Source: Oscillospiraceae bacterium (GTDB lineage: Bacteria; Bacillota; Clostridia; Saccharofermentanales; Saccharofermentanaceae). From it: 64,000 nucleotides of DNA. Under the pieces are notes generated by a model, which worked only from the letters and a program-made list of their open reading frames with translations, had not been told where the DNA came from and did no database searches. Positions 1-10,780 of the stretch are shown piece after piece. Location of the stretch: contig CADCJM010000004.1 of assembly GCA_902801755.1 (NCBI GenBank), positions 4,982 through 68,981 on the forward strand. The letters run 5' to 3'. How positions within the stretch are numbered: position 1 is the stretch's first letter; each line of letters starts with the position of its first letter. The position numbers and the translations under genes are program-made.

Positions 1-375
1 TGTTACATCGAGCTTCTTTGTGAGCTCACCGTTGCCGAGAATCTTGACGCCGTCGTTGTTCTTAGGAAGAGTGATGATGCCCTTCTCAGAAAGAGCCTTA
101 GCATCTACTGCTGTTCCGTTATCGAAAACCTCAAGATCTCCGATGTTTACTTCAATGTAAGCAGGAGCAAATCTCTTGTTGTTGAAGCCTCTCTTAGGGA
201 GACGTCTGTAAAGGGGCATCTGACCACCTTCGAAACCGGGACGTACACCGCCGCCGGAACGGGCGTTCTGGCCCTTGTGGCCACGGCCGGATGTCTTACC
301 GTTGCCGGATCCGGGACCTCTACCCTTACGATATGCTTTTACGTTGCCTGCGGAAGTCATTTCATTGAGCTTCAT
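1..375 (-). CDS. rplO: 50S ribosomal protein L15 (3' end outside window)
   Basis: Manual translation [54 protein letters not shown]; GGAGG RBS; follows L30. Confidence 0.97.
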   Translation of the reverse strand, partial: MKLNEMTSAGNVKAYRKGRGPGSGNGKTSGRGHKGQNARSGGGVRPGFEGGQMPLYRRLPKRGFNNKRFAPAYIEVNIGDLEVFDNGTAVDAKALSEKGIITLPKNNDGVKILGNGELTKKLDVT

Positions 376-387
376 GTGGCACCTCCA

Positions 388-567
388 TTAATTCTCTTCT
401 ACGGCTACGTAGTTAACAGCCTTCTTGATCATGCCGCGTGTAGCCTCATTGTCTGTCTTCTCAACAGTCTGACCGATCTTCTTTAAACCAAGAGCTCTGA
501 CAGTTGCCTTCTCAGCATCTCTTGCCTTATTAACGCTCTTTACGAGTGTAATCTTGATTGTAGCCAT
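388..567 (-). CDS. rpmD: 50S ribosomal protein L30
   Basis: Not in ORF track; manual 59 aa MATIKITLVKSVNKARDAEKATVRALGLKKIGQTVEK...; lies between rpsE and rplO. Confidence 0.95.
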   Translation of the reverse strand: MATIKITLVKSVNKARDAEKATVRALGLKKIGQTVEKTDNEATRGMIKKAVNYVAVEEN

Positions 568-581
568 TTCGTCAGACCTCC

Positions 582-1100
582 TTACTTGATCTCGTCAACG
601 GACTTGCCGCGGAGTCTTGCAACTTCCTCAGCAGACTTCAAGGACTTAAGGCCCTCGATAGTAGCGTTGACCATATTGTTAGGATTGTTTGATCCGATAG
701 ACTTTGTACGGATATCTGTGATACCGGCAAGTTCGCAAACTGAACGAACAGGACCGCCGGCGATAACACCGGTACCGTTTGCAGCAGGCTTCATAACGAT
801 GTGAGCTGCAGCGAATTCACCGATTGTCTCGTGAGGGATAGTACCGTTAACGATAGAAACATCAACGATGTTCTTCTTAGCTTCTTCGATACCCTTTCTG
901 ATAGCGTCCGGAACTTCGGTGGACTTACCGATGCCCTTACCTACACGGCCCTTTCTGTCACCGATAACTACGAGAGCAGCAAATCTCATGTTCTTACCGC
1001 CCTTAACAGTCTTGGAAACACGGCCGATGTGGATAACGCGCTCTTCGAACTCTTTATCCTTCTTTTCTTCTCTTGAAATGTTCTTAGACTCTAAAGCCAT
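582..1100 (-). CDS. rpsE: 30S ribosomal protein S5
   Basis: RVSKTVKGG...GTGVIAGG motifs; spc synteny. Confidence 0.98.
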   Translation of the reverse strand: MALESKNISREEKKDKEFEERVIHIGRVSKTVKGGKNMRFAALVVIGDRKGRVGKGIGKSTEVPDAIRKGIEEAKKNIVDVSIVNGTIPHETIGEFAAAHIVMKPAANGTGVIAGGPVRSVCELAGITDIRTKSIGSNNPNNMVNATIEGLKSLKSAEEVARLRGKSVDEIK

Positions 1101-1118
1101 CTAATTTGCTCCTCCCGA

Positions 1119-1487
1119 TTAGAATGAGAGACCGGCTTCTCTTGCCGCCTCTGCCAAAGCCTGTACTCTTCCGTGATAGAGATATCCGCCACGGTCAAAT
1201 ACTACGTCCTTGATATCCTTGGCAATTGCGCGCTCACCGATAAGCTTACCAACTGCTTTAGCTGCCTCGATGTTGCTGCCAACGGATACGGAACCCTTGA
1301 TCTCCTTGTCGAGTGTGGAAGCACTTACAAGTGTTGTTCCGTTTGTATCATCGATGATCTGAGCGTAAATGTGGCTGTTGCTTCTATATACGCAAAGACG
1401 AGGGCACTCTGTCGTTCCGGAAATCTTCTTTCTTACACGAACATGCTTTCTCTTACGAATCTTGTTTTTATCAATTCTACCAATCAT
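1119..1487 (-). CDS. rplR: 50S ribosomal protein L18
   Basis: [22 protein letters not shown]. Confidence 0.98.
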   Translation of the reverse strand: MIGRIDKNKIRKRKHVRVRKKISGTTECPRLCVYRSNSHIYAQIIDDTNGTTLVSASTLDKEIKGSVSVGSNIEAAKAVGKLIGERAIAKDIKDVVFDRGGYLYHGRVQALAEAAREAGLSF

Positions 1488-1510
1488 GTTGAATATACCC
1501 CCTTTGCGCC

Positions 1511-2050
1511 TTACTTCTTAGCTCCGGTCTTACCTTCCTTAACGATAAGGTGCTCGCCGGCATACTTGATACCCTTGCCCTTATAAACGTCAGGAACTCT
1601 GAGAGAACGGATCTTAGCTGCTGTCTCGCCGACAAGCTGCTTATCAGCTCCCTGGACCAAAACCTGATTATCTTTTACATCGATTGTGATGCCTTCGGGT
1701 TCAACCATCTCGATAGGATGTGAATAACCGAGGTTGAATGTAACCTTATTTCCAGCCTTAGTAGCTCTGTAACCTACACCATTGATTTCCAATGTCTTTG
1801 TGAAACCCTCGTGTACGCCTGTTACCATGTTCTGGATGAGAGCTCTTGTGAGGCCGTGGAGTGAACGGTGATTCTTATCGTCTGAGGGACGAGTAACAAC
1901 GATCTGGCCATCCTCCAGCTTAACTGTGATGTCGGGATGAACATCAAGTGAGAGCTCTGCCTTGCCGCCCTTAACCGTTACGTGCTGACCATCGATCTTA
2001 ACATCGACGCCGGCGGGAACGACTATGGGCATTCTGCCGATTCTTGACAT
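1511..2050 (-). CDS. rplF: 50S ribosomal protein L6
   Basis: [20 protein letters not shown]. Confidence 0.98.
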   Translation of the reverse strand: MSRIGRMPIVVPAGVDVKIDGQHVTVKGGKAELSLDVHPDITVKLEDGQIVVTRPSDDKNHRSLHGLTRALIQNMVTGVHEGFTKTLEINGVGYRATKAGNKVTFNLGYSHPIEMVEPEGITIDVKDNQVLVQGADKQLVGETAAKIRSLRVPDVYKGKGIKYAGEHLIVKEGKTGAKK

Positions 2051-2166
2051 AAATTTTTCCTCCTGCTCTTAAGATTTAACCGTTGGGCCGGTATGCCGCC
2101 TGTGCCCAAGGCTTTTCAGAGATGTATATATTTTAAGAAGATCCCGTTTTCGAGACCTTCCCAAAA

Positions 2167-2562
2167 TTACCAAATATAAGCGAGAACTTCGCCGCCTACA
2201 CCAAGCTTTCTAGCCTGCTTATCAGTCATAACACCCTTGGATGTTGAGATGATAGCAACGCCTAAGCCATTGAGTACGCGAGGCAGATTCTCCTTGTCCG
2301 CATAAGTACGAAGACCAGGCTTGGAGATTCTCTTGATTCCGGAGATAACCGGCTTTCTGCCCGAATACTTGAGTGTGATTCTGATAACACCCTGAGTATT
2401 TCCCTCGAGTGTCTCGAACTTCTCAATGTATCCTTCATCAAGGAGAATCTGAGCAATAGCCTTCTTCATGTTGGACTGCGGAACATCAACTGTTGCGTGT
2501 CCAGCAGTACCGGCATTGCGGATTCTTGTAAGCATATCTGCGATTGCATCTGTAATCTGCAT
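2167..2562 (-). CDS. rpsH: 30S ribosomal protein S8
   Basis: [29 protein letters not shown]. Confidence 0.98.
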   Translation of the reverse strand: MQITDAIADMLTRIRNAGTAGHATVDVPQSNMKKAIAQILLDEGYIEKFETLEGNTQGVIRITLKYSGRKPVISGIKRISKPGLRTYADKENLPRVLNGLGVAIISTSKGVMTDKQARKLGVGGEVLAYIW

Positions 2563-2615
2563 AATTCTTCCTCCTGTTAAATATGGACAGTTCTAATTCT
2601 TAAGAAAGAAAACTG

Positions 2616-2801
2616 TTACCAGCTTGCCTTTCTTACGCCCGGAATCTCTCCCTTGTATGCCAAATCGCGGAAGCAGAGACGGCAGATGCCGTACTTACGG
2701 ATATAAGCATGAGGTCTTCCGCAGATCTTGCAACGGTTATGCTGCTGAGTGGAAAACTTGGGTGTCTTCTGAGACTTAAGAATCATTGACTTCTTTGCCA
2801 T
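2616..2801 (-). CDS. rpsZ: 30S ribosomal protein S14, zinc-binding (type Z)
   Basis: 61 aa, CKICGR...[15 protein letters not shown]. Confidence 0.97.
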   Translation of the reverse strand: MAKKSMILKSQKTPKFSTQQHNRCKICGRPHAYIRKYGICRLCFRDLAYKGEIPGVRKASW

Positions 2802-2819
2802 GTGTTATTCTCCTCCAAA

Positions 2820-3359
2820 TTACTTGCGGAAAGGCATGCCGAGGAGCTTCAAGAGCTCAAATGCCTCTTCGTCTGTTCCGGCAGTAGTAACAATGATGAT
2901 GTCCATACCGCGAATCTTGTCAATCTTATCGTAGTCGATTTCAGGGAACATGAGCTGCTCCTTGATACCCATCGCATAGTTGCCGTGTCCGTCGAAGGAA
3001 TTAGGACTGATTCCGCGGAAGTCACGTACACGGGGAAGAGCAAGGCTAACAAGCTTATCGAGGAAGTAATACATATTATCGCCTCTCAAAGTAACCTTGC
3101 ATCCGATCTTCATGCCCTCTCTGAGCTTGAAGGCTGCGATTGACTTTGTTGCTGTTGTTGCTACAGGCTTCTGACCTGCGATGATGCCCATGTCGCGCAT
3201 AGCGCTCTCAAGAGCCTTCGGGTTATCCTTAACCTCACCAACACCCATGTTGAGGACGATCTTGTCGACCTTCGGGATCTGCATAGGTGAGCTGTACTTG
3301 AACTTCTCCTGAAGAGCGGGAGCTACTTCGGAAATGTACTTATCCTTTAATCTGGTCAT
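2820..3359 (-). CDS. rplE: 50S ribosomal protein L5
   Basis: [19 protein letters not shown]. Confidence 0.98.
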   Translation of the reverse strand: MTRLKDKYISEVAPALQEKFKYSSPMQIPKVDKIVLNMGVGEVKDNPKALESAMRDMGIIAGQKPVATTATKSIAAFKLREGMKIGCKVTLRGDNMYYFLDKLVSLALPRVRDFRGISPNSFDGHGNYAMGIKEQLMFPEIDYDKIDKIRGMDIIIVTTAGTDEEAFELLKLLGMPFRK

Positions 3360-3362
3360 TGA

Positions 3363-3716
3363 TTATTCCCCCTTCTTAGCCTTAGAAACCGTATCGATGA
3401 CCTCGCCGGATCTCTTAGCGATCCTGGACTTGGAACCATCTTCGTTAATACGGTAGCCAACTCTTGTGGGCTTGCCTGTCTTGGGGTCGATGAGCATTAC
3501 GTTGGATGCATCGATGGAGCCTTCACGCTCAACAATTCCGGAAGGAGCTGTCTGAGTTCTAGCCTTCTGATGCTTCTTGACCATATTTACGCCTTCAACG
3601 TAAACTCTGCCCTTCTTCTCATCTACCATGAGAACCTTACCCTTTGCGCCCTTGTCCTTGCCGGAAATGACAATGACCTGGTCGTCTTTCTTTACATGAA
3701 CACTACTCTTAGCCAT
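3363..3716 (-). CDS. rplX: 50S ribosomal protein L24
   Basis: KOW motif [10 protein letters not shown]; [10 protein letters not shown]. Confidence 0.97.
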   Translation of the reverse strand: MAKSSVHVKKDDQVIVISGKDKGAKGKVLMVDEKKGRVYVEGVNMVKKHQKARTQTAPSGIVEREGSIDASNVMLIDPKTGKPTRVGYRINEDGSKSRIAKRSGEVIDTVSKAKKGE

Positions 3717-3730
3717 GTGTCGATTCCTCC

Positions 3731-4099
3731 TTAAAGAACTTCCGGAGCGAGAGAGAGGATCTTCATGTAATCCTTATCTCTTAACTCTCTTGCTATGGGT
3801 CCAAAAATACGAGTTCCGCGGGGATTCTTGTCTTCCTTAATGATGACTGCCGCATTCTCGTCGAACTTGATATATGAGCCGTCGTTTCTTCTTACGCCCT
3901 GCTTGGAACGTACAACAACTGCCTTAACTACATCACCCTTCTTGACCATGCCGCCGGGAGCAGCGCTCTTTACGGAGCAAACGATAACGTCGCCGATGTT
4001 GGCGTACTTTCTCCAAGAGCCACCCAAAACTTTGATGCAGAGAAGCTCTTTTGCTCCGGTGTTGTCGGCAGATCTGAGTCTGGATTCAACCTGAATCAT
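3731..4099 (-). CDS. rplN: 50S ribosomal protein L14
   Basis: ADNTGAK, GTRIFGP, SLAPEVL. Confidence 0.98.
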   Translation of the reverse strand: MIQVESRLRSADNTGAKELLCIKVLGGSWRKYANIGDVIVCSVKSAAPGGMVKKGDVVKAVVVRSKQGVRRNDGSYIKFDENAAVIIKEDKNPRGTRIFGPIARELRDKDYMKILSLAPEVL

Positions 4100-4123
4100 C
4101 TGATATATCCTCCTTTAATCGCC

Positions 4124-4381
4124 TTACTTAGCCTTCTCAACGACACTTACGAGTCTCCAACGCTTATCCTTGGAAATCGGGCGTGTCTCCATAACCTCAA
4201 CCTTATCGCCCTCATGAGCTTCGTTGTTCTCATCGTGAGCCTTAAGCTTGTAGGTTCTCTTCATGATCTTTCCGTAAAGAGGGTGCTTAACGTGCTCTAC
4301 GACGGAAACTGTGATCGTCTTATCCATCTTGTCGGATGTAACGAGACCGACTCTGGTTTTTCTTAAATTTCTCTCAGCCAT
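4124..4381 (-). CDS. rpsQ: 30S ribosomal protein S17
   Basis: [21 protein letters not shown]. Confidence 0.98.
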   Translation of the reverse strand: MAERNLRKTRVGLVTSDKMDKTITVSVVEHVKHPLYGKIMKRTYKLKAHDENNEAHEGDKVEVMETRPISKDKRWRLVSVVEKAK

Positions 4382-4395
4382 TTGTCGTCTCCTCC

Positions 4396-4596
4396 TTACT
4401 TATTTGCAGCGAGCTGCTTCTCGCGCTGAATTGTCATTACTCTAGCGATATCACGCTTAACCTGTGCAATCTGAGCCGGATTATCGAGCTGATTTGTTGC
4501 ATGCTGGAAGCGGAGCTTGAAGAGTTCTTCCTTCAAAGAGGCGAGCTCAGAAGAAAGTTCTTCATCAGACATCTTGCGGATTTCTTCAACCTTCAT
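4396..4596 (-). CDS. rpmC: 50S ribosomal protein L29
   Basis: [14 protein letters not shown]. Confidence 0.96.
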   Translation of the reverse strand: MKVEEIRKMSDEELSSELASLKEELFKLRFQHATNQLDNPAQIAQVKRDIARVMTIQREKQLAANK

Positions 4597-5017
4597 TTGT
4601 GCTTTCCTCCTTTACCTTTGCGATAAACTTTGTCTTGCAAGGGAGCTTGTGTCCTGCAAGTCTCATGGCTTCTCTTGCCTGCTCTTCAGTAACACCTGCG
4701 ATCTCGAAAAGAACTCTTCCAGGTCTTACTACTGCGCACCAGTACTCATTTGCTGCCTTACCTGAACCCATTCGGACCTGTGCAGGCTTCTTTGATACCG
4801 GCTTATCAGGGAAGATCTTGATCCATACCTTACCGCCACGCTTGATGTATCTGTTGATTGCGACACGGGCAGCTTCGATCTGATTTGACTTGATCCAGCA
4901 AGGTTCAAGAGCTACAAGACCGTAATCACCGTAAGCTACGAAGTTGCCGCGGTGAGCCTGGCCCTTCATGCGGCCTCTCTGCTGCTTTCTATACTTTGTT
5001 CTCTTAGGAAGTAACAT
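4586..5017 (-). CDS. rplP: 50S ribosomal protein L16
   Basis: [17 protein letters not shown]. Confidence 0.98.
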   Translation of the reverse strand: MLLPKRTKYRKQQRGRMKGQAHRGNFVAYGDYGLVALEPCWIKSNQIEAARVAINRYIKRGGKVWIKIFPDKPVSKKPAQVRMGSGKAANEYWCAVVRPGRVLFEIAGVTEEQAREAMRLAGHKLPCKTKFIAKVKEESTNEG

Positions 5018-5766
5018 TAAGCTTTTCCTCCTTCAGACTTCTTTGACTGGCTCTTCTGGCCGAATACCTCACCCTTGTAGATCCAGACTTTAACGCCGAT
5101 GATACCGTATGTTGTCTTTGCCTCTGCAAATCCGTAATCGATATCAGCACGGAGTGTCTGAAGCGGGATGGTGCCCTCGTGATATGTCTCGGATCTTGCG
5201 ATCTCGGCACCGCCCAAACGGCCGGAGCACTTTGTCTTGATTCCGAGAACGCCGGGCTGCTTCATAGCCATCTGCATTGCTCTCTTCATTGCTCTTCTGA
5301 AGCTTGCACGGTTCTCGAGCTGTGAAGCGATGTTCTGAGCAACGAGGAGTGCATCTGTATCACTGTTCTTGATAACTTCGATATCAACAGTGAATACTCT
5401 CTTCTTATCCTTGGATACGTTCTTGTTGAATTCCTTCTCAAGTGCATCCTTAAGAGCCATTCTTCCGGAGCCCTTGTCTCCACCTACGAGTGAAGGACGA
5501 GCTGTCTTAACAATAACGTTGATTCTGTCTGTGCCCTTACGGTCGATGATGACCTTGGAAACGCCTGCAACATTTGTGCGGCTCTCGTCTACGGGCTTCT
5601 TAGCGTTGCCTCTTGCGATAGGCTCAACTGCCTTTAAAACGAACTCACGGATCTTCTGATCTTCGACAAGACAATCGGAAAAGGTGTTCTTGTCGGCATA
5701 CCAGTGTGAGCTCCAGTCGTCGATAACGCCTACTCTAAGTCCATTAGGGTTAACTTTCTGACCCAT
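5017..5766 (-). CDS. rpsC: 30S ribosomal protein S3 (with insertions)
   Basis: [35 protein letters not shown]. Confidence 0.97.
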   Translation of the reverse strand: MGQKVNPNGLRVGVIDDWSSHWYADKNTFSDCLVEDQKIREFVLKAVEPIARGNAKKPVDESRTNVAGVSKVIIDRKGTDRINVIVKTARPSLVGGDKGSGRMALKDALEKEFNKNVSKDKKRVFTVDIEVIKNSDTDALLVAQNIASQLENRASFRRAMKRAMQMAMKQPGVLGIKTKCSGRLGGAEIARSETYHEGTIPLQTLRADIDYGFAEAKTTYGIIGVKVWIYKGEVFGQKSQSKKSEGGKA

Positions 5767-5778
5767 GCTTAAACCTCC

Positions 5779-6255
5779 TTATACCCTTTCCTTGAGAACT
5801 ACAGTAACGTGACTTGTTCTCTTCTTGATCGAACTAGCCGAACCTCTTGCTCTCGGGATGTATCTCTTGAGAACCGGGCCGGGGTTGGAAATGCACTCAG
5901 CAACATAAAGCTTGTCTCTGGAGAGGTCGAAGTTGTTGACAGCGTTAGCTTCAGCAGACTTCAGAACCTTAGCGATAACAGGAGATGCTGCCTTGGGAGT
6001 GTATGTGAGGATAGCATAAGCATCATCTAAAGACTTACCCTTGATGAGATTAGCAACTACTCTTACCTTACGGGGAGCGATTCTAATGTACTTAGCTGTT
6101 GCTGTTCCTCTGTCTCTTCCCATTCCGAGAAGCTTTCTCTGCTTCTTTGTAGGAGTGGGGAGCTTATTTGAAGACTTGGAAGGTGCCGCATAAGCTTCGA
6201 GGATCTTCTCGCGGTTCTTCTCAATATTGTCTCTGCTTAAAATAATCTTTTCCAC
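5779..6255 (-). CDS. rplV: 50S ribosomal protein L22 with N-terminal extension
   Basis: IRIAPRKVR, PRARG...KRTSH; GTG start at 6255 behind AGGAGG (ORF-track start 6339 overlaps rpsS). Confidence 0.93.
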   Translation of the reverse strand: MEKIILSRDNIEKNREKILEAYAAPSKSSNKLPTPTKKQRKLLGMGRDRGTATAKYIRIAPRKVRVVANLIKGKSLDDAYAILTYTPKAASPVIAKVLKSAEANAVNNFDLSRDKLYVAECISNPGPVLKRYIPRARGSASSIKKRTSHVTVVLKERV

Positions 6256-6268
6256 AGAAATTTCCTCC

Positions 6269-6550
6269 TTATGAGTTAGAAGCGGACTTCTCGTTGCTTG
6301 TGTGGCCGCCGAACTTACGTGTAGGTGCGAACTCGCCAAGCTTGTGTCCTACCATGTCCTCAGTAACGTATACCGGAACATGCTTGTGACCGTCGTATAC
6401 AGCAATTGTGTGGCCGACGAATTCAGGGAAAATCGTAGAAGCTCTAGACCAGGTCTGGATGATCTTCTTGTCGTTGGCTGCATTCAACGCCTCGACCTTC
6501 TTCATGAGAGCGTCCTGAACGTAATAGCCCTTTTTGGTTGATCTACTCAT
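6269..6550 (-). CDS. rpsS: 30S ribosomal protein S19
   Basis: [19 protein letters not shown]. Confidence 0.98.
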   Translation of the reverse strand: MSRSTKKGYYVQDALMKKVEALNAANDKKIIQTWSRASTIFPEFVGHTIAVYDGHKHVPVYVTEDMVGHKLGEFAPTRKFGGHTSNEKSASNS

Positions 6551-6562
6551 TGAACTGCCTCC

Positions 6563-7393
6563 TTATACCTTTCTAGACTTAACAATATACTTGCTGGACT
6601 GCTTCTTCTTATTACGTGTCTTCTTACCCAATGTAGGAACACCCCAAGGTGTAACAGGGCCGGGAAGACCGATAGGAGACTTACCTTCACCACCGCCGTG
6701 AGGGTGATCGTTAGGGTTCATTACGACACCTCTAACTGAAGGTCTGACGCCAGCATGTCTGGACTTACCTGCTTTACCGAGCTTAACGTTCTCGTGCTCT
6801 GCGTTTCCGATAGAGCCGATCATTGCGCGGCACTTCTCAGGAACCATACGAACCTCTCCGGAAGGAAGACGGATCTGAGCGAAACCATTCTCCTTAGCCA
6901 TGAGCTGAGCTGAAGCTCCTGCTGTTCTAACGAGCTGAGCGCCCTTGCCGGGATTCATCTCTACGCAGCAGATAACTGTACCTACCGGGATAGAGGAAAT
7001 AGGAAGAACGTTGCCGTTAAGGATATCTGCATCCGGGCCGCTCTCAACCTTGTGACCTACCTTGAGGCCCTCGGGAGCGAGGATGTAGGACTTAACACCG
7101 TCAACATACTGAATGAGTGCTAAGTAAGCTGTTCTGTTAGGATCGTACTCGATTGCCTTGACTGTAGCAGGGATTCCTACTCTGTCACGCTTCCAATCGA
7201 TTACTCTGAGCTTTGTACGGTTACCGCCGCCGATATGACGAACCGTGATACGGCCATAAGAGTTACGGCCACCGCTCTTCTTCCTTGACTTAAGAAGGCT
7301 CTTCTCCGGGTCCTTCTTTGTTAATACGGAATAGTCAGCTATGGCCATTCCACGAACTGCGGGAGAAGTAGGTTTAAATGTTTTTACTGCCAT
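6563..7393 (-). CDS. rplB: 50S ribosomal protein L2
   Basis: [20 protein letters not shown]. Confidence 0.99.
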   Translation of the reverse strand: MAVKTFKPTSPAVRGMAIADYSVLTKKDPEKSLLKSRKKSGGRNSYGRITVRHIGGGNRTKLRVIDWKRDRVGIPATVKAIEYDPNRTAYLALIQYVDGVKSYILAPEGLKVGHKVESGPDADILNGNVLPISSIPVGTVICCVEMNPGKGAQLVRTAGASAQLMAKENGFAQIRLPSGEVRMVPEKCRAMIGSIGNAEHENVKLGKAGKSRHAGVRPSVRGVVMNPNDHPHGGGEGKSPIGLPGPVTPWGVPTLGKKTRNKKKQSSKYIVKSRKV

Positions 7394-7416
7394 TTTAATT
7401 TCTCTCCTTGATTACA

Positions 7417-7770
7417 TTACTGACCAAAACCGAATTCTTCGATTGATGTCTTGTTCTTTGTTCCGGTCTTAACTGCCTTGCCGCCCTTGCCGAGGTATGT
7501 ACCCTCAATAGAGTCTGTAGCAATAGTAACTACTGCCTTCTTGTAAGCAGCTGTCTTGCCGGGCTTGTTTCTAAGTCTCTTAACCTTACCGTCAAAGTTT
7601 GCAACGTTAACGGAAAGTACCTTTACACCGAAGAGCTTCTCTGCTGCTGCCTTGATCTCAGGCTTCTCAGCGTCAGGTGCAACTACGAATGTGTACTTGC
7701 CCTCTTCTGTGCTGGCCATCGTCTTCTCTGTGATGATGGGCTTAATGATTACATCATAGGGTGACTTCAT
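7417..7770 (-). CDS. rplW: 50S ribosomal protein L23
   Basis: KPIITEK, YKKAVVT; synteny. Confidence 0.95.
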   Translation of the reverse strand: MKSPYDVIIKPIITEKTMASTEEGKYTFVVAPDAEKPEIKAAAEKLFGVKVLSVNVANFDGKVKRLRNKPGKTAAYKKAVVTIATDSIEGTYLGKGGKAVKTGTKNKTSIEEFGFGQ

Positions 7771-8393
7771 TACTTGTACACCTCCTCGATCTTCTCTACT
7801 GCAGCCTTAGTAGCTACAAAGCTGTCGTACTTGAGGATGTCCATAACGTTGATTGTGTTAACCAATGCTGTCTTAACATCCTTGATGTTTCTTGCAGAGA
7901 GCTCTGCGTTTCTGTTTACGCCCTCGAGAACGATAAGGGAAGAATTGCCAGCACCGATAGCCTTAAGAGCCTTAGCAACTGTTGCTGTCTTAACTTCAGC
8001 AAGATCCATGTTCTCGATAACGATCAACTTCTCGGAAGCAACCTTGGAAGAGAGTGCAGACTTGAGAGCAAGTCTCTTAACCTTCTTAGGTACTGTGTAG
8101 CTGTATGATCTGGGTGTAGGTCCAAAGATGATGCCGCCACCAACATACTGAGCGGATCTTGTTGAACCATGACGAGCTCTACCTGTACCCTTCTGTCTGT
8201 AAGGTCTCTTACCGCCGCCGGATACTTCGCTTCTTGTCTTTGTCTTCTGTGTGCCCTGTCTTCTGTTTGCAAGCTGGTTTCTAACAACTGTAGACATTGC
8301 AACTTCGTTGGGCTCGATGCCGAAAATCTCATCGGAAAGCTCGATGGAACCCGTAACGGCACCTGTCAAATCTTTAACATCAATTTTAGCCAT
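7770..8393 (-). CDS. rplD: 50S ribosomal protein L4
   Basis: RQGT...QKGTGRARHGS. Confidence 0.98.
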   Translation of the reverse strand: MAKIDVKDLTGAVTGSIELSDEIFGIEPNEVAMSTVVRNQLANRRQGTQKTKTRSEVSGGGKRPYRQKGTGRARHGSTRSAQYVGGGIIFGPTPRSYSYTVPKKVKRLALKSALSSKVASEKLIVIENMDLAEVKTATVAKALKAIGAGNSSLIVLEGVNRNAELSARNIKDVKTALVNTINVMDILKYDSFVATKAAVEKIEEVYK

Positions 8394-8410
8394 TATTCTG
8401 TTCCTCCGTC

Positions 8411-9037
8411 TTATGCCTTAACAGTATTCTGAACTGTTACGATGCCGCCCTTAGGACCGGGAATTGCGCCTCTGATTACGAGGATTCCTCTGTCGCCGTC
8501 TACCATGACAACGCTAAGGTTCTGTACTGTGCAGTTAACTGCGCCCATATGTCCAGGCATCTTCTTACCGGGTACAACTCTACCGGGTGTGGAAGTAGCG
8601 CCCATGGAACCGACTCTTCTGTGATACATGGAGCCGTGACCGTCAGGTCCGCCCTTCTGGCCGTGACGCTTGATGTTGCCCTGGAATCCCTTACCCTTGG
8701 ATACGCCGCTTACGTCAACCTTATCGCCGACTGCGAACATATCGGAAACCTTGATCTCCTGGCCGAGGCTATACTCCTCGTCGGGTGTAAACTCGCGGAT
8801 AATTCTCTTAGGCTCAACGTCAGCCTTCTTGAACTGTCCTGCGTCAGGCTTGTTTACAAGCTTTGCTCTGATGGATCCTGTGCCTACTTTGCAGGCCTTG
8901 TATCCGTCAGTCTCAACCGTCTTGTTCTGGAGCACGTACATAGGCTCGCAGCTTATAACGGTTGCCGGAATAACGTTGCCGTTTTCATCGAACAACTGTG
9001 TCATGCCGGACTTTCTGCCAATGATGAATTTCGTCAT
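8411..9037 (-). CDS. rplC: 50S ribosomal protein L3
   Basis: GMTQLF, SKGKGFQG, KKMPGHMG. Confidence 0.98.
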   Translation of the reverse strand: MTKFIIGRKSGMTQLFDENGNVIPATVISCEPMYVLQNKTVETDGYKACKVGTGSIRAKLVNKPDAGQFKKADVEPKRIIREFTPDEEYSLGQEIKVSDMFAVGDKVDVSGVSKGKGFQGNIKRHGQKGGPDGHGSMYHRRVGSMGATSTPGRVVPGKKMPGHMGAVNCTVQNLSVVMVDGDRGILVIRGAIPGPKGGIVTVQNTVKA

Positions 9038-9148
9038 AAAGTTCTTTCCTCCTATTAGGTTATTGGTTCAGCGGTTTCCCGGAGAACGTGACCTCGGCGA
9101 CTTAAGGCTTGGCGTTCCTTAAATGCCGAATTAAGCCATTAAGCGTTC

Positions 9149-9466
9149 TTATTTGATCTTTACTTCAATAGAAACGCCTGCAGGCATGTCAAGCTTGCCA
9201 ATGTCATCCATCGTCTGGGAAGACGGTGTATAGACGTCGATGATTCTCTTGTGTGTTCTCTGCTCGAACTGCTCACGAGAATCCTTGTTTACGTGAGGTG
9301 AACGAAGGATCGTAACTACCTCTTTCTCTGTAGGGAGCGGGATAGGACCGGAGAAGCTTGCATCGTCACGAGCAAGTGCGTCTACGATAAGCTTTGCGCT
9401 CTCGTCGAGAATCTTGTGATCATAAGCCTTGAGCTTAATTCTGACCATTGTTGTCTTTGTTGCCAT
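9149..9466 (-). CDS. rpsJ: 30S ribosomal protein S10
   Basis: [22 protein letters not shown]; ATG 9466 behind AAGGAGG. Confidence 0.97.
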   Translation of the reverse strand: MATKTTMVRIKLKAYDHKILDESAKLIVDALARDDASFSGPIPLPTEKEVVTILRSPHVNKDSREQFEQRTHKRIIDVYTPSSQTMDDIGKLDMPAGVSIEVKIK

Positions 9467-9479
9467 TTTGTTGGCCTCC

Positions 9480-9788
9480 TTACTATAAGCTGTATTTCTT
9501 TTTCTCAACCCTGTCGGGAGTGTCTTGGCTTTCCATTCAAAAACCCAGACTATCCAGTTACCTCCTTAAGGCGGCACTTTGGTTCTCTGGGCAGTAAACT
9601 ACTGCTTCGACTCTCCGGACTTTAGGTCCCGAGACGGCATCGGATCGTATCCTCTGCCTTCGGCTCCTTCGAAGTTCCCCACCTCGTAAGATATCGCGCA
9701 GCCGGCGCCTTACCTCGTGGCAATCTCCGTTATCAAAGCCTTATCACCCGTGCTAAAGGGCATAATTATCCCTGTTTAGACGCGTGCG
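9480..9788 (-). promoter_or_regulatory. Long structured S10-operon 5' leader (probable clostridial S10 r-leader)
   Basis: About 310 nt GC-rich, hairpin-rich non-coding stretch between the promoter and the rpsJ RBS; Firmicutes S10 operons are known to carry such leaders. Confidence 0.6.
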
Positions 9789-9794
9789 AAAGGT

Positions 9795-9823
9795 ATTCTA
9801 CTATCTTGTTTTGTGATTTGCAA
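9795..9823 (-). promoter_or_regulatory. sigmaA promoter of S10 operon
   Basis: TTGCAA-17 bp-TAGAAT on minus strand. Confidence 0.75.
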
Positions 9824-9851
9824 GCACTTTTTTACAATTTTGCCTGTATTT

Positions 9852-10757
9852 TTATGTGTTTTTCAGCTCATCTGGCTGAAATACATATTTACTGTTGCAA
9901 AATCTGCATACTGTCTCTATCGGCTTGCCGTCTTTTGTGATCTCTTCAAGATCATTTTTGCCTAGTGCCGCAAGGCCTGAAAGCATTCTTTCCCTGCTGC
10001 AGTTGCACTTGAATTCTACTTCCTGGCCATCAAGATACTTGAGGTCAGGGTCTCCCATAAACAGGTCGATTATCTGCGCGGGAGTAAAACCTTCCTTAAG
10101 AAGGAACGATATCTCAGGGAAGCCGGAAGCTCTTTTCTCAAGATAAGATATCTCATCTTCACCTGCACCCGGCAGGAGCTGGACCATAAGTCCGCCCGCT
10201 TCAGATACCTCTCCGCCTTCTATAAGAACACCCAAAGATACAACAGATCTGGTCTGTTCGGATTTGGCAAGATAATAAGCGAAGTCCTCGGCGATCTCTC
10301 CGGACATGAGTTCGGAAACACCGACATAAGGTTCTTTTAATCCGATATCCCTAATAACTGTAAGGCTTCCCTTGCCCACAGCGGCACCGACATTGATCTT
10401 GCCGGGCTGGTGATATTCTGTCGGAATGACAGGTTCCATGGGATAAGCCCTTACCTTAAAGCCAAAATCAGTAACGCATGTCATGCCCTCGATAGGGCCG
10501 TCGCCTCTGATGATCGTGGTCTGGGTATCACCTGCATTCTTCATTGATTCGGAAATAAGAATGGATCCTGTCATGAACCTTCCGAGTGCAGCTGTTGCCG
10601 CGGGTGTCATCTGATGCATGATCCTGGCAGTCTCGCACACCTTCTTTGTACTTACGCAAAGACACTTAACAAGGCCATTTAAGCCTTCGGCTCTTACTAT
10701 ATGGTCTTTTTTCAAATCTTCGGGCGCGCCCGGAACGTAATATACGTTGTCTGCCAT
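9852..10757 (-). CDS. hslO: Hsp33 redox-regulated chaperone
   Basis: GEIAEDFAYYLAKSEQ; CxC...CxxC zinc centre. Confidence 0.95.
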   Translation of the reverse strand: MADNVYYVPGAPEDLKKDHIVRAEGLNGLVKCLCVSTKKVCETARIMHQMTPAATAALGRFMTGSILISESMKNAGDTQTTIIRGDGPIEGMTCVTDFGFKVRAYPMEPVIPTEYHQPGKINVGAAVGKGSLTVIRDIGLKEPYVGVSELMSGEIAEDFAYYLAKSEQTRSVVSLGVLIEGGEVSEAGGLMVQLLPGAGEDEISYLEKRASGFPEISFLLKEGFTPAQIIDLFMGDPDLKYLDGQEVEFKCNCSRERMLSGLAALGKNDLEEITKDGKPIETVCRFCNSKYVFQPDELKNT

Positions 10758-10780
10758 TTCGATCTTCCTAAATATATAAA

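Noticed and set aside
6256-6339. ORF-track upstream start for rplV (likewise for rpsJ, iorA/B and the ABC genes)
   Set aside because: Overlaps neighbouring genes or lacks an RBS; downstream starts have clear RBSs
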